A stretch of 64,000 nucleotides of DNA from a virus (taxonomy: Duplodnaviria > Heunggongvirae > Uroviricota > Caudoviricetes), in the IMG/VR virus record IMGVR_UViG_2529292920_000018, positions 2,322 through 66,321 of that record. One strand, given 5' to 3'. The notes under the pieces are model-generated. The model saw only the letters and a program-made list of their open reading frames with translations, was not told the origin of the DNA and did not search any database. The number at the start of each line of letters is the position of its first letter. The stretch's first letter is position 1. The position numbers and the translations under genes are program-made. This document shows positions 48,988 to 57,558 of the stretch, in pieces.

Positions 48988-49731
48988 TTAACTGGCTTTC
49001 TTTTTCGGGCGTCCACGTTTTGCCGGTGTCGCACTCCGGGTCTTACGCGGGGCGCGGGTGGCCGCTTTGGGCTGCGGCTCCGGCTTCGGTTTCAGCTCCC
49101 GCTCCAGTCGTTCAATCTCTTTTTTGACGCCTGCCTGACAGTCGAGCTGTGTCGCACGTTGCAGGTGAGCCAGCGCACCGGCGGCATCACCAGCGTCACG
49201 CAGAAACAGACCGGTGATTTTGTGCAGCTTTGCGCGCACTTCATCAGGCATGTCAGCCGTGGCGGTCAGTTCAAGGGTGTCCGTCAGCAGGCGGGTATCC
49301 ACAGACTCACCGGCAGCGTGGGCACGCATGGCCGCGAGTGCCACCTCCTCGGTGAACATGTACGGCGGGGTACGGCGGTGTTTGCCCGGCATGGTCAGAC
49401 CGTACTTCAGGGCATAACGGGCAATCTCCAGCGCACCGGCAATATCGCCGGTATCCAGACGCCACAGCATGACCGTCATCAGAATGTCATCCTGTGCACC
49501 TTTGCCCTGCTCCAGCACGCCGTTCACCCACGGCAACCAGAACGGCAGCAGTTCGCGCTTTTTCGCGGCCTTAAGCTCTTTTGAATAAATCGCTTTCAGT
49601 GTGCGCTGGTCTGCGGCCAGCTTGACCAGCATCTGCTCATAGACAGTTGCATGTCGCAGCGGGGCGGCTTCCCGCTGCGCGGTCATCGCTGCCGAGACCC
49701 GCATCATGTGGCGCTGTGCGGGACTCGTCAT
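48988..49731 (-). CDS. M: terminase endonuclease (small) subunit M
   Basis: 247-aa ORF with a basic C-terminus. Confidence 0.8.
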   Translation of the reverse strand: MTSPAQRHMMRVSAAMTAQREAAPLRHATVYEQMLVKLAADQRTLKAIYSKELKAAKKRELLPFWLPWVNGVLEQGKGAQDDILMTVMLWRLDTGDIAGALEIARYALKYGLTMPGKHRRTPPYMFTEEVALAAMRAHAAGESVDTRLLTDTLELTATADMPDEVRAKLHKITGLFLRDAGDAAGALAHLQRATQLDCQAGVKKEIERLERELKPKPEPQPKAATRAPRKTRSATPAKRGRPKKKAS

Positions 49732-49734
49732 CGG

Positions 49735-50808
49735 TTACGCTCCCGGCTCTGCGGTCGCCTTAGCCGGTGTGGAGAAATCACCGACCTTGATTTTTTCCAC
49801 CAGACAACCGGCGGCGTAGTCTTCCACCACATAATCAATGTTCATTGACTCGTAGTTCTCCACGCGGTCGAGTTTCGGGTTTTCCTCAATCACGCGGCGA
49901 TGGCTGTCATCCATGTAGTAGATGGACAGGTTTTCCAGCTTCGTGATGAGCATCGCATCCGCCGGGAAGTACGGGACGCGTACCGCCGGCAGGTTACCGA
50001 TGCGTTTCTGGCTGATGATGACGTCAGCGGCCAGCATTTCGCTGTTGTCCTGCTCCCTGTTGACGATGGGGAAATACTTGTCCGCCAGTAGCTGACGTCC
50101 CACAATCACCACAAGGTCATGGTCTTCCTGATACCACGGCTCAATCAGGTTATTGGTCGCATCCATCACCAGTGCGTCAAGGCTGGCATAATCACCGCCC
50201 TTGCCCACGCGGATGACCTCAGAGGTCGTGTGCCCTTCCTCGTCAGTGACCTTGCTCATCACGCGCGCCGGTGCTTCATTGCGGTATTTCTGCAGCCAGC
50301 CGACCGCCACATCCTGCAGCATCGGATTACTGCTGCGGTCAGAGGTTTCGGCACGCCTCACGCCGTTAAAACCGGCCATGATTAAATCAAGGGACTGGCG
50401 TTTGATAATGGCGTTACGGACACGGAGCTGGAAATCCTGATAACGCGCCCACAGGTCCAGCGTTTTGTAGCGGATATAAAAATCGAAGTTAATCTGGTCG
50501 CATTCGTACTTGTTTGACGCCAGCTTCGAGAAGTCCTTCGGCTGACGCTCGGTGCCACCGGCGGTGTCGGTGGTGCTGGCGATGGAGCCGGTGACACCGA
50601 TGCCAATTTTTTCCCCTTTCATTTCGCTGACCGGCACAATGTTGATGCGGGTCAGAAAGTCAGAAGACTCCTGCATAGTGTTCATCAGGGTCTGGGTGAC
50701 CGACGGTTCAACGGTGAATTTTTTCGACACATCACCGGCGTCGATGCCGTTCAGTTCGGCAACACGGGACAGGTAGGCATTAAATTTAAAGCGGGTTTCC
50801 TGGCGCAT
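49735..50808 (-). CDS. N: major capsid protein N
   Basis: 357-aa ORF. Confidence 0.85.
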   Translation of the reverse strand: MRQETRFKFNAYLSRVAELNGIDAGDVSKKFTVEPSVTQTLMNTMQESSDFLTRINIVPVSEMKGEKIGIGVTGSIASTTDTAGGTERQPKDFSKLASNKYECDQINFDFYIRYKTLDLWARYQDFQLRVRNAIIKRQSLDLIMAGFNGVRRAETSDRSSNPMLQDVAVGWLQKYRNEAPARVMSKVTDEEGHTTSEVIRVGKGGDYASLDALVMDATNNLIEPWYQEDHDLVVIVGRQLLADKYFPIVNREQDNSEMLAADVIISQKRIGNLPAVRVPYFPADAMLITKLENLSIYYMDDSHRRVIEENPKLDRVENYESMNIDYVVEDYAAGCLVEKIKVGDFSTPAKATAEPGA

Positions 50809-50866
50809 AGTTTTTCCTGAAATTAAGGGTTAATCGTGAAGGTTTTCCCGGACTGACTGACGCCGG

Positions 50867-51721
50867 TCAGCAGTTCGTCATCAGGGCGTCACCGCCACCG
50901 CCGGTGGCCTTGCTGCGGCGCTGCTGGGTCAGACTTTCGGTGTGGTCGAGACTGTTTTTCAGGCGGGTGAATGCCTGACTGGTTTCATCCGCCCTGTCAG
51001 TCACCTCCTGCTTAAGTGCGGAAAAGGCGGTTTCCATCTCAGCAAGGCGCTGCTCAGTAGCGCTCAGTTTTTCCTGCACATGCTCAGCGACAGCGGTCAC
51101 CGCTTCATGCACGTCATTCAGACGGGCGTCATCGCTGGCCTGTTTGCGGCCAAAAATGGATTTCACCTTTTCGGTCAGGGCTGTGAACACGGTTTCAGGC
51201 AGGTCTTCAAATTCCAGCTCAACAGGCGTTGCCACTGAAATCAGGTTTTCAGGGCTTAATTTGAAGCGATTCAGGGGGTTGTGTTTTGCCGTGCGGCAGA
51301 ATTCCAGGTATTCCGTGCCGAGGCTTGCCGGGTCATCGGTGACGGCCAGCCCCACCAGATAACATTTGCCGGTGTTGGCAAAGTTCGGCTCAATTTCCAT
51401 TGAGGTGTAGACCTTCTGCGCGGCCTTGTTCATCGCGATAAGGTCATCGGTCGGGGTGATTTTCGCAAACAGCGCCCATTTGCCTTTCAGCGCCGAATCA
51501 TCGTCAATCTTTTCGGCCTTCAGTTCGGCCACATCGCCATAACGTTTAAAAATACCGTCAGGCAGGATGCCGCGCAGATGTTCCAGGTTAATGCGGCAAC
51601 CATAGACGCGCGGGTCAAAGGTTTCGGCCATTTCCTGAATATCCTGCGCACTGATGACACGCCCGTCACAGGTGTCACCCTCAACGCCGATACGAAAGAA
51701 TTTTGAGACTTTTTTTGCCAT
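50867..51721 (-). CDS. O: capsid scaffold protein O
   Basis: 284 aa from ATG 51721 (MAKKVSKFF...), matching P2 gpO length. Confidence 0.8.
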   Translation of the reverse strand: MAKKVSKFFRIGVEGDTCDGRVISAQDIQEMAETFDPRVYGCRINLEHLRGILPDGIFKRYGDVAELKAEKIDDDSALKGKWALFAKITPTDDLIAMNKAAQKVYTSMEIEPNFANTGKCYLVGLAVTDDPASLGTEYLEFCRTAKHNPLNRFKLSPENLISVATPVELEFEDLPETVFTALTEKVKSIFGRKQASDDARLNDVHEAVTAVAEHVQEKLSATEQRLAEMETAFSALKQEVTDRADETSQAFTRLKNSLDHTESLTQQRRSKATGGGGDALMTNC

Positions 51722-51894
51722 TGTCAGGAGTCCTGAATAGTGATTAGAGGAGTCACATGTCGGCATCAGTTTCCCGACGATGCGCATCCTCCGCCATCAG
51801 TCCCGGATGGCTTATCACTGACACAACAGCACCTTAGCGAATCGCGTGGCGCGACTCAGTAGCCTTGCCGTGTATTCATCACGGCGAGGTATTC

Positions 51895-53667
51895 ATGACC
51901 ATCACCACAGACACCACTCTTTTACACGACCCGCGTCGTCAGGCGGCGCTGCTGTACTGGCAGGGATTTTCCGTGCCGCAGATTGCCGCCATGTTGCAGA
52001 TGAAACGCCCGACGGTGCAGAGCTGGAAACAGCGCGACGGCTGGGACAGCGTTGCCCCCATCAGCCGTGTCGAAATGAGTCTGGAAGCGCGGCTGACCCA
52101 GCTCATCATCAAACCGCAGAAAACCGGCGGTGACTTCAAGGAAATTGACCTGCTCGGACGCCAGATTGAACGACTGGCACGGGTCAACCGTTACAGTCAG
52201 ACCGGCAACGAGGCAGACCTTAATCCGAACGTCGCTAACCGCAACAAAGGCGGGCGTCGCAAACCGAAAAAGAATTTTTTCAGTGACGAGGCCATCGAAA
52301 AGCTGGAGCAGATTTTCTTTGAGCAGTCTTTCGACTATCAGTTGCACTGGTATCGCGCAGGGCTTGAGCACCGCATCCGCGATATCCTGAAATCCCGCCA
52401 GATTGGCGCGACGTTTTATTTTTCCCGCGAGGCGCTGCTGCGCGCCCTGAAAACCGGTCATAACCAGATTTTTCTGTCGGCCAGTAAAACGCAGGCGTAT
52501 GTGTTCCGCGAATACATCATCGCCTTTGCCCGGCTGGTTGACGTTGACCTGACCGGTGACCCGATTGTCCTGGGCAATAACGGCGCAAAACTGATTTTTC
52601 TCGGCACCAACTCCAACACCGCGCAGAGCCATAACGGCGACCTGTACGTCGACGAGATTTTCTGGATCCCGAATTTTCAGGTACTGCGTAAGGTGGCATC
52701 AGGTATGGCCTCACAGAGTCACCTGCGCTCGACCTATTTCTCCACCCCGTCCACACTGGCGCACGACGCCTACCCGTTCTGGTCGGGTGAACTGTTTAAC
52801 CGGGGACGCGCCAGCGCCGCCGAACGCGTGGAAATCGACGTCAGTCATAACGCCCTTGCCGGTGGGCTTCTCTGTGCGGACGGCCAGTGGCGGCAGATTG
52901 TCACCATTGAGGACGCCCTGAAAGGCGGCTGCACGCTGTTCGACATTGAGCAGCTCAAACGTGAAAACAGCGCCGACGATTTTAAAAACCTGTTCATGTG
53001 TGAATTTGTTGACGACAAGGCGTCGGTGTTCCCGTTCGAGGAGCTGCAACGCTGCATGGTCGACACGCTGGAAGAATGGGAAGACTATGCGCCGTTTGCC
53101 ACGAATCCGTTCGGCTCCCGCCCGGTCTGGATTGGTTACGACCCGTCACACCGTGGCGACAGTGCCGGATGCGTGGTGCTGGCACCGCCGGTGGTGGCCG
53201 GTGGCAAATTCAGAATACTTGAGCGTCACCAGTGGAAAGGCATGGACTTTGCCACCCAGGCAGAATCCATCCGCAAACTCACCGAAAAATACAACGTCGA
53301 ATACATCGGAATTGATGCCACCGGCCTCGGTGTCGGCGTGTTCCAGCTCGTTCGCTCGTTCTATCCCGCCGCGCGCGATATCCGCTACACGCCGGAAATG
53401 AAAACCGCAATGGTGCTCAAGGCAAAAGACGTTATTCGCCGTGGCTGTCTGGAATATGACGTCAGCGCCACCGACATCACCAGCTCGTTCATGGCTATCC
53501 GCAAGACCATGACCAGCAGCGGACGCAGCGCCACCTATGAGGCCAGCCGCAGCGAGGAAGCCAGCCACGCCGACCTCGCCTGGGCGACCATGCACGCCCT
53601 GTTAAATGAGCCACTCACCGCCGGTATCAGCACTCCGCTGACATCCACCATTCTGGAGTTTTACTGA
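51895..53667 (+). CDS. P: terminase ATPase (large) subunit P
   Basis: 590 aa from MTITTDTTLLHDP..., divergent from O as in P2. Confidence 0.85.
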   Translation: MTITTDTTLLHDPRRQAALLYWQGFSVPQIAAMLQMKRPTVQSWKQRDGWDSVAPISRVEMSLEARLTQLIIKPQKTGGDFKEIDLLGRQIERLARVNRYSQTGNEADLNPNVANRNKGGRRKPKKNFFSDEAIEKLEQIFFEQSFDYQLHWYRAGLEHRIRDILKSRQIGATFYFSREALLRALKTGHNQIFLSASKTQAYVFREYIIAFARLVDVDLTGDPIVLGNNGAKLIFLGTNSNTAQSHNGDLYVDEIFWIPNFQVLRKVASGMASQSHLRSTYFSTPSTLAHDAYPFWSGELFNRGRASAAERVEIDVSHNALAGGLLCADGQWRQIVTIEDALKGGCTLFDIEQLKRENSADDFKNLFMCEFVDDKASVFPFEELQRCMVDTLEEWEDYAPFATNPFGSRPVWIGYDPSHRGDSAGCVVLAPPVVAGGKFRILERHQWKGMDFATQAESIRKLTEKYNVEYIGIDATGLGVGVFQLVRSFYPAARDIRYTPEMKTAMVLKAKDVIRRGCLEYDVSATDITSSFMAIRKTMTSSGRSATYEASRSEEASHADLAWATMHALLNEPLTAGISTPLTSTILEFY

Positions 53668-54701
53668 TGAGTAAGAAAAAAGGGAAAACACCGCAGCCAG
53701 CGGTGAAAACAATGACTGCCAGCGCCCCGAAAATGGAGGCATTCACCTTTGGTGAGCCGGTGCCGGTACTCGACCGCCGTGATATTCTGGATTACGTCGA
53801 GTGCATCAGTAACGGCAGATGGTATGAGCCACCGGTCAGCTTTACCGGTCTGGCAAAAAGCCTGCGTGCTGCCGTGCATCACAGCTCACCGATTTACGTC
53901 AAACGTAATATTCTGGCCTCAACGTTTATCCCGCACCCGTGGCTTTCCCAGCAGGATTTCAGCCGCTTTGTGCTGGATTTTCTGGTGTTCGGTAATGCGT
54001 TTCTGGAAAAGCGCTACAGCACTACCGGTAAGGTCATCAGACTGGAAACCTCACCTGCAAAATATACCCGCCGTGGCGTGGAGGAGGATGTTTACTGGTG
54101 GGTGCCATCCTTCAACGAGCCGACACCTTTCGCGCCCGGCTCCGTGTTTCACCTGCTGGAGCCGGATATCAATCAGGAGCTGTACGGCCTGCCGGAATAT
54201 CTCAGCGCCCTTAACTCTGCCTGGCTGAATGAGTCAGCCACACTGTTCCGCCGCAAGTATTACGAAAACGGCGCGCATGCCGGATATATCATGTACGTCA
54301 CCGATGCCGTGCAGGATCGCAACGATATCGAAATGCTTCGCGAAAACATGGTGAAGTCGAAAGGCCGCAACAACTTTAAAAATCTGTTTCTCTATGCCCC
54401 ACAGGGAAAAGCCGACGGCATTAAAATTATCCCGCTCAGTGAAGTGGCGACGAAGGACGATTTTTTTAATATCAAAAAAGCCAGTGCCGCAGACCTGCTG
54501 GACGCGCACCGCATCCCCTTTCAGTTGATGGGCGGCAAGCCGGAGAACGTCGGGTCGCTGGGTGATATTGAGAAAGTGGCAAAGGTCTTTGTCCGCAATG
54601 AGCTTATCCCGTTACAGGACAGGATCCGCGAGATAAACGGCTGGCTCGGTCAGGAGGTCATCCGCTTTAAAAACTACTCACTGGACACTGACAACGGCTG
54701 A
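53667..54701 (+). CDS. Q: portal protein Q
   Basis: 344-aa ORF downstream of P, adjacent to cos. Confidence 0.85.
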   Translation: MSKKKGKTPQPAVKTMTASAPKMEAFTFGEPVPVLDRRDILDYVECISNGRWYEPPVSFTGLAKSLRAAVHHSSPIYVKRNILASTFIPHPWLSQQDFSRFVLDFLVFGNAFLEKRYSTTGKVIRLETSPAKYTRRGVEEDVYWWVPSFNEPTPFAPGSVFHLLEPDINQELYGLPEYLSALNSAWLNESATLFRRKYYENGAHAGYIMYVTDAVQDRNDIEMLRENMVKSKGRNNFKNLFLYAPQGKADGIKIIPLSEVATKDDFFNIKKASAADLLDAHRIPFQLMGGKPENVGSLGDIEKVAKVFVRNELIPLQDRIREINGWLGQEVIRFKNYSLDTDNG

Positions 54702-54705
54702 ACAT

Positions 54706-54730
54706 CGCCGCCTGCGGGCGGCTTTTTTAT
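54706..54730 (+). terminator. rho-independent terminator after Q
   Basis: CGCCGCC-TGCG-GGCGGC hairpin followed by TTTTTT. Confidence 0.6.
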
Positions 54731-54870
54731 ACCCCGTCATCACGCCCTCACACGCTCACCACCGCACAAAACAGCCCGCATACACACCAACGCCCCGGCG
54801 GACAATCTAAACGCCATCACGACGCGCTCAGACGCTGAAAAAATAAAATCAGCACCACCGCCAGCGCGCA

Positions 54871-54889
54871 GTGCTTTCCCCGCCTCGCC
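54871..54889. other. cos: cos cohesive-end sequence, P2 type
   Basis: Reverse complement reads GGCGAGGCGGGGAAAGCAC, which matches the P2/186 19-nt cohesive end as I recall it. Confidence 0.6.
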
Positions 54890-55049
54890 CGCCCGCTTCA
54901 TGGGGCGGTTTTAATGCAGTTGCATTACCATACAGAAGTACTGCCACGTCTGACAATTCATAGCTAGAATGTATAGCATATGTTGCATGCAAAATAATGC
55001 ATATAAAGAATGCTTTTCACTCAATACTTCATCATACGATTTTGTTGGC

Positions 55050-55832
55050 TCATTTTAGAAGCCCTATTATAGCTGCAATCATACTTCCTACGCCGCCGAC
55101 TGCTGCGAAAAAAGTAGCCCAAAACATTTTCTTCTGAGTACTCAAATTCTCTCTGTACCGCACCTCATCTTTATTGAATGTAGATATTGTGTTCAGTGCC
55201 TTTCCTGTTGGCCTAAATCCACTACTTGTTTCAACAAGATCTCCATTCTGAACAAGAGAATTCAGGCATAAACGAAGCTCTTTACGCATCCTGTTTTTAT
55301 CGTCATGGTATACCCATAAACTACCAGCGACTTCGGTCATTATTGAAAACTCACTAAACACAGTTTGAGCATCCCATTCACGATACATTCTTATAATCGT
55401 TGAGAGAACAAACATCACATCAGTTATTTCTTTTTTTTGCTGTCGATAAATATATTTTTCACGACTAAATTTTATATTTTCATAATTAGACCTTACTCTA
55501 AAGAACAACTCCCTTAAAAATGTTAAATCATTTAAAGAGTTAAATCGCAACTCATGCGCACGGTAGTAGTAAACACCAAAAAAAGAATCAGGCGTAACCT
55601 CAGAAATATCCAAGCATGAACTTATATGAAATCTACGCTCCTCATCATCCCATTTAAAAGCCTTTATCTTCCCATCAACCAAACAGTCAAAGAGGTATTC
55701 TGTATCATTTTTATCTTTAATATATACAGAGTACATATCATACTTAATCGCGTTTTCATATAACAAACTAATACGGCCATCATCTGGCGTTCTTTTCTTA
55801 TCAAACTTCTTAAGTTGGTTTATAACTTTCAT
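55050..55832 (-). CDS. hypothetical cargo protein with C-terminal membrane anchor
   Basis: 260-aa ORF in an AT-rich island; C-terminal TM MFWATFFAAVGGVGSMIAAIIGLL. Confidence 0.5.
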   Translation of the reverse strand: MKVINQLKKFDKKRTPDDGRISLLYENAIKYDMYSVYIKDKNDTEYLFDCLVDGKIKAFKWDDEERRFHISSCLDISEVTPDSFFGVYYYRAHELRFNSLNDLTFLRELFFRVRSNYENIKFSREKYIYRQQKKEITDVMFVLSTIIRMYREWDAQTVFSEFSIMTEVAGSLWVYHDDKNRMRKELRLCLNSLVQNGDLVETSSGFRPTGKALNTISTFNKDEVRYRENLSTQKKMFWATFFAAVGGVGSMIAAIIGLLK

Positions 55833-55941
55833 AACATTCTCGCAGTGCTAATCTCATACGCAACAAATCTCGGCTCTGCCGCTCTAATAGTCAAAAAATG
55901 CCGACACCCAATTAAATATTCAGCGTCGGCATTGTAAGATA

Positions 55942-56673
55942 TCAATTATCTATGATTGATATCACCTTACCAGTTTTTATATCAACACGCGCAGCAATCG
56001 TCTGTTTCACCACTCCGCCATAAGCATTTTTTCCGCGAAACGTGGTTTTCACAATGGCATGAGGGTCTTTATTCAAAACCAGATGATATACCGTTGACAC
56101 ATGTTTATAAGATGAATCATCGTTCATATTATCTTTAATTAGTTTTTCCAATGGACGATAAGAACCATCCCAACCACTAAAATTACTCTGAAATGTATCA
56201 AGATTGATTTTATTGTTTAGTGAATTCGGGTCATTTTCATAATCATTAAAGCACCACCCAAGAACATCACCGAGTTTCAACTCATCATCTTTGGTAAATG
56301 TATATTCACTCATGCAGGCATAAAACGCATCTGACGCGGTGGCTGGAACTTCCTTAAAATCAATGTAACTATTCACAATATCGTGTCGTGTTTTCTTTGA
56401 CTCGTTCCGATATTCCTTGAGTGTTTTTTTACCATATTTGAATGTTTTTTGGACTTTATGTTCTGCAACGGTTGATGTTTCAGTTTTATCAACTGGCTGG
56501 CTTTTTTCTGTTGGATAGAGTATTGAACCAATTATGCTCAATACAAAACCTCCTCCGAGATAAACCGCACTTGCACGTTTGCGGTTTGGCATTCGCACCA
56601 GTGATGGCTTGATTAACCCGATGAAGAAAGCAACGAAAAAAGCGAGTGATAGAAAAGCGATTATAGTATCCAT
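55942..56673 (-). CDS. hypothetical cargo membrane protein
   Basis: Start at ATG 56673 with AGGA 7 nt upstream; two N-terminal TM helices; AT-rich codon usage. Confidence 0.5.
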   Translation of the reverse strand: MDTIIAFLSLAFFVAFFIGLIKPSLVRMPNRKRASAVYLGGGFVLSIIGSILYPTEKSQPVDKTETSTVAEHKVQKTFKYGKKTLKEYRNESKKTRHDIVNSYIDFKEVPATASDAFYACMSEYTFTKDDELKLGDVLGWCFNDYENDPNSLNNKINLDTFQSNFSGWDGSYRPLEKLIKDNMNDDSSYKHVSTVYHLVLNKDPHAIVKTTFRGKNAYGGVVKQTIAARVDIKTGKVISIIDN

Positions 56674-56896
56674 AGCTATCCTTTTTGCATCATCCACATA
56701 AAAAATCGACCTCATGTTAGCAACAGGATGCTTACTTTTGAATATTTGTAAGTTGTTAGCTCTCCAACCTAACTCCTTTCAACCGTCAAAAACCGGCACC
56801 AACGCAGTAAAAATATGTCTGTCAACTAACGCCTCGCTACGCTCGTTGTTCAACCCCGCCAGCCCTGAAAACAAGTTTCACGACTGGCGGCGTTCT

Positions 56897-57115
56897 CTAT
56901 CGTCTTCGTGGTGGTGGCGCAACTCTGGACTGACCGATATAGTTAAGCCGCCCGTAATTATCCCGAACTATTTCGGCACACCCGACCAGCTCATCGGGCG
57001 TCAGATTTTCGTTGACCATAATCCGCTGTAAACGCTGAACAATAGCCATCAGCTTGATATTTTTAGTTTTATGGTGCGGTATCTCGCCTGGTATTCTGTG
57101 CATTATCCAAGCCAC
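56897..57115 (-). CDS. hypothetical small protein
   Basis: 72-aa ORF overlapping the end of the upstream gene; weak support. Confidence 0.25.
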   Translation of the reverse strand: MAWIMHRIPGEIPHHKTKNIKLMAIVQRLQRIMVNENLTPDELVGCAEIVRDNYGRLNYIGQSRVAPPPRRR

Positions 57116-57558
57116 CCGTTTTGCTTTGCACGCTCCACCTGTTCATCTGAATAGTTCCATATCCCATCCGCAGCAACCACTGCCCCGCCAGACAGCCCCG
57201 TCTCTGGTTCATACATAACAGCAAGGCCGAGCTGATGCATAATTTCATGATTAATTCTGAATACCAGACCACGTTCACTAAGTTCTTTCCAGTTCACAAT
57301 CTTATATGCGCCCGTATTAAGCAGCTCAATACTTAGCAAGACATAATCTTCCAGCCAGTCTGACAGGTCAGTAACATCTGTTATCCGGGCTTCAACCTTT
57401 CGCCCCGTAAACACACCCTGCACCCATTCATGCAAAATCAACGTGTCCCCGCGCTCATAATTACGGTCATTTTTCCGAAACTCTGCGCGTTTTTTTCCTT
57501 CCAGTACAAGGTCGAAATATTTTGCGTGCAGCTTTACCTCGTGAATTTTTGCCATCAT
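57103..57558 (-). CDS. ASCH/DUF3850-like domain protein with HExxH motif
   Basis: N-terminal KIHEVKLHAKYFDLVLEGKKRAEFRKNDRNYERGDTLILHEW; INHEIMHQLG near C-terminus; GGAG RBS; start abuts the A stop. Confidence 0.5.
   Translation of the reverse strand: MMAKIHEVKLHAKYFDLVLEGKKRAEFRKNDRNYERGDTLILHEWVQGVFTGRKVEARITDVTDLSDWLEDYVLLSIELLNTGAYKIVNWKELSERGLVFRINHEIMHQLGLAVMYEPETGLSGGAVVAADGIWNYSDEQVERAKQNGWLG

Noticed and set aside
55942-56715. First ATG (56715) as the start of the membrane cargo gene
   Set aside because: It has no Shine-Dalgarno sequence, whereas the ATG at 56673 has AGGA at optimal spacing and begins directly at the first TM helix.
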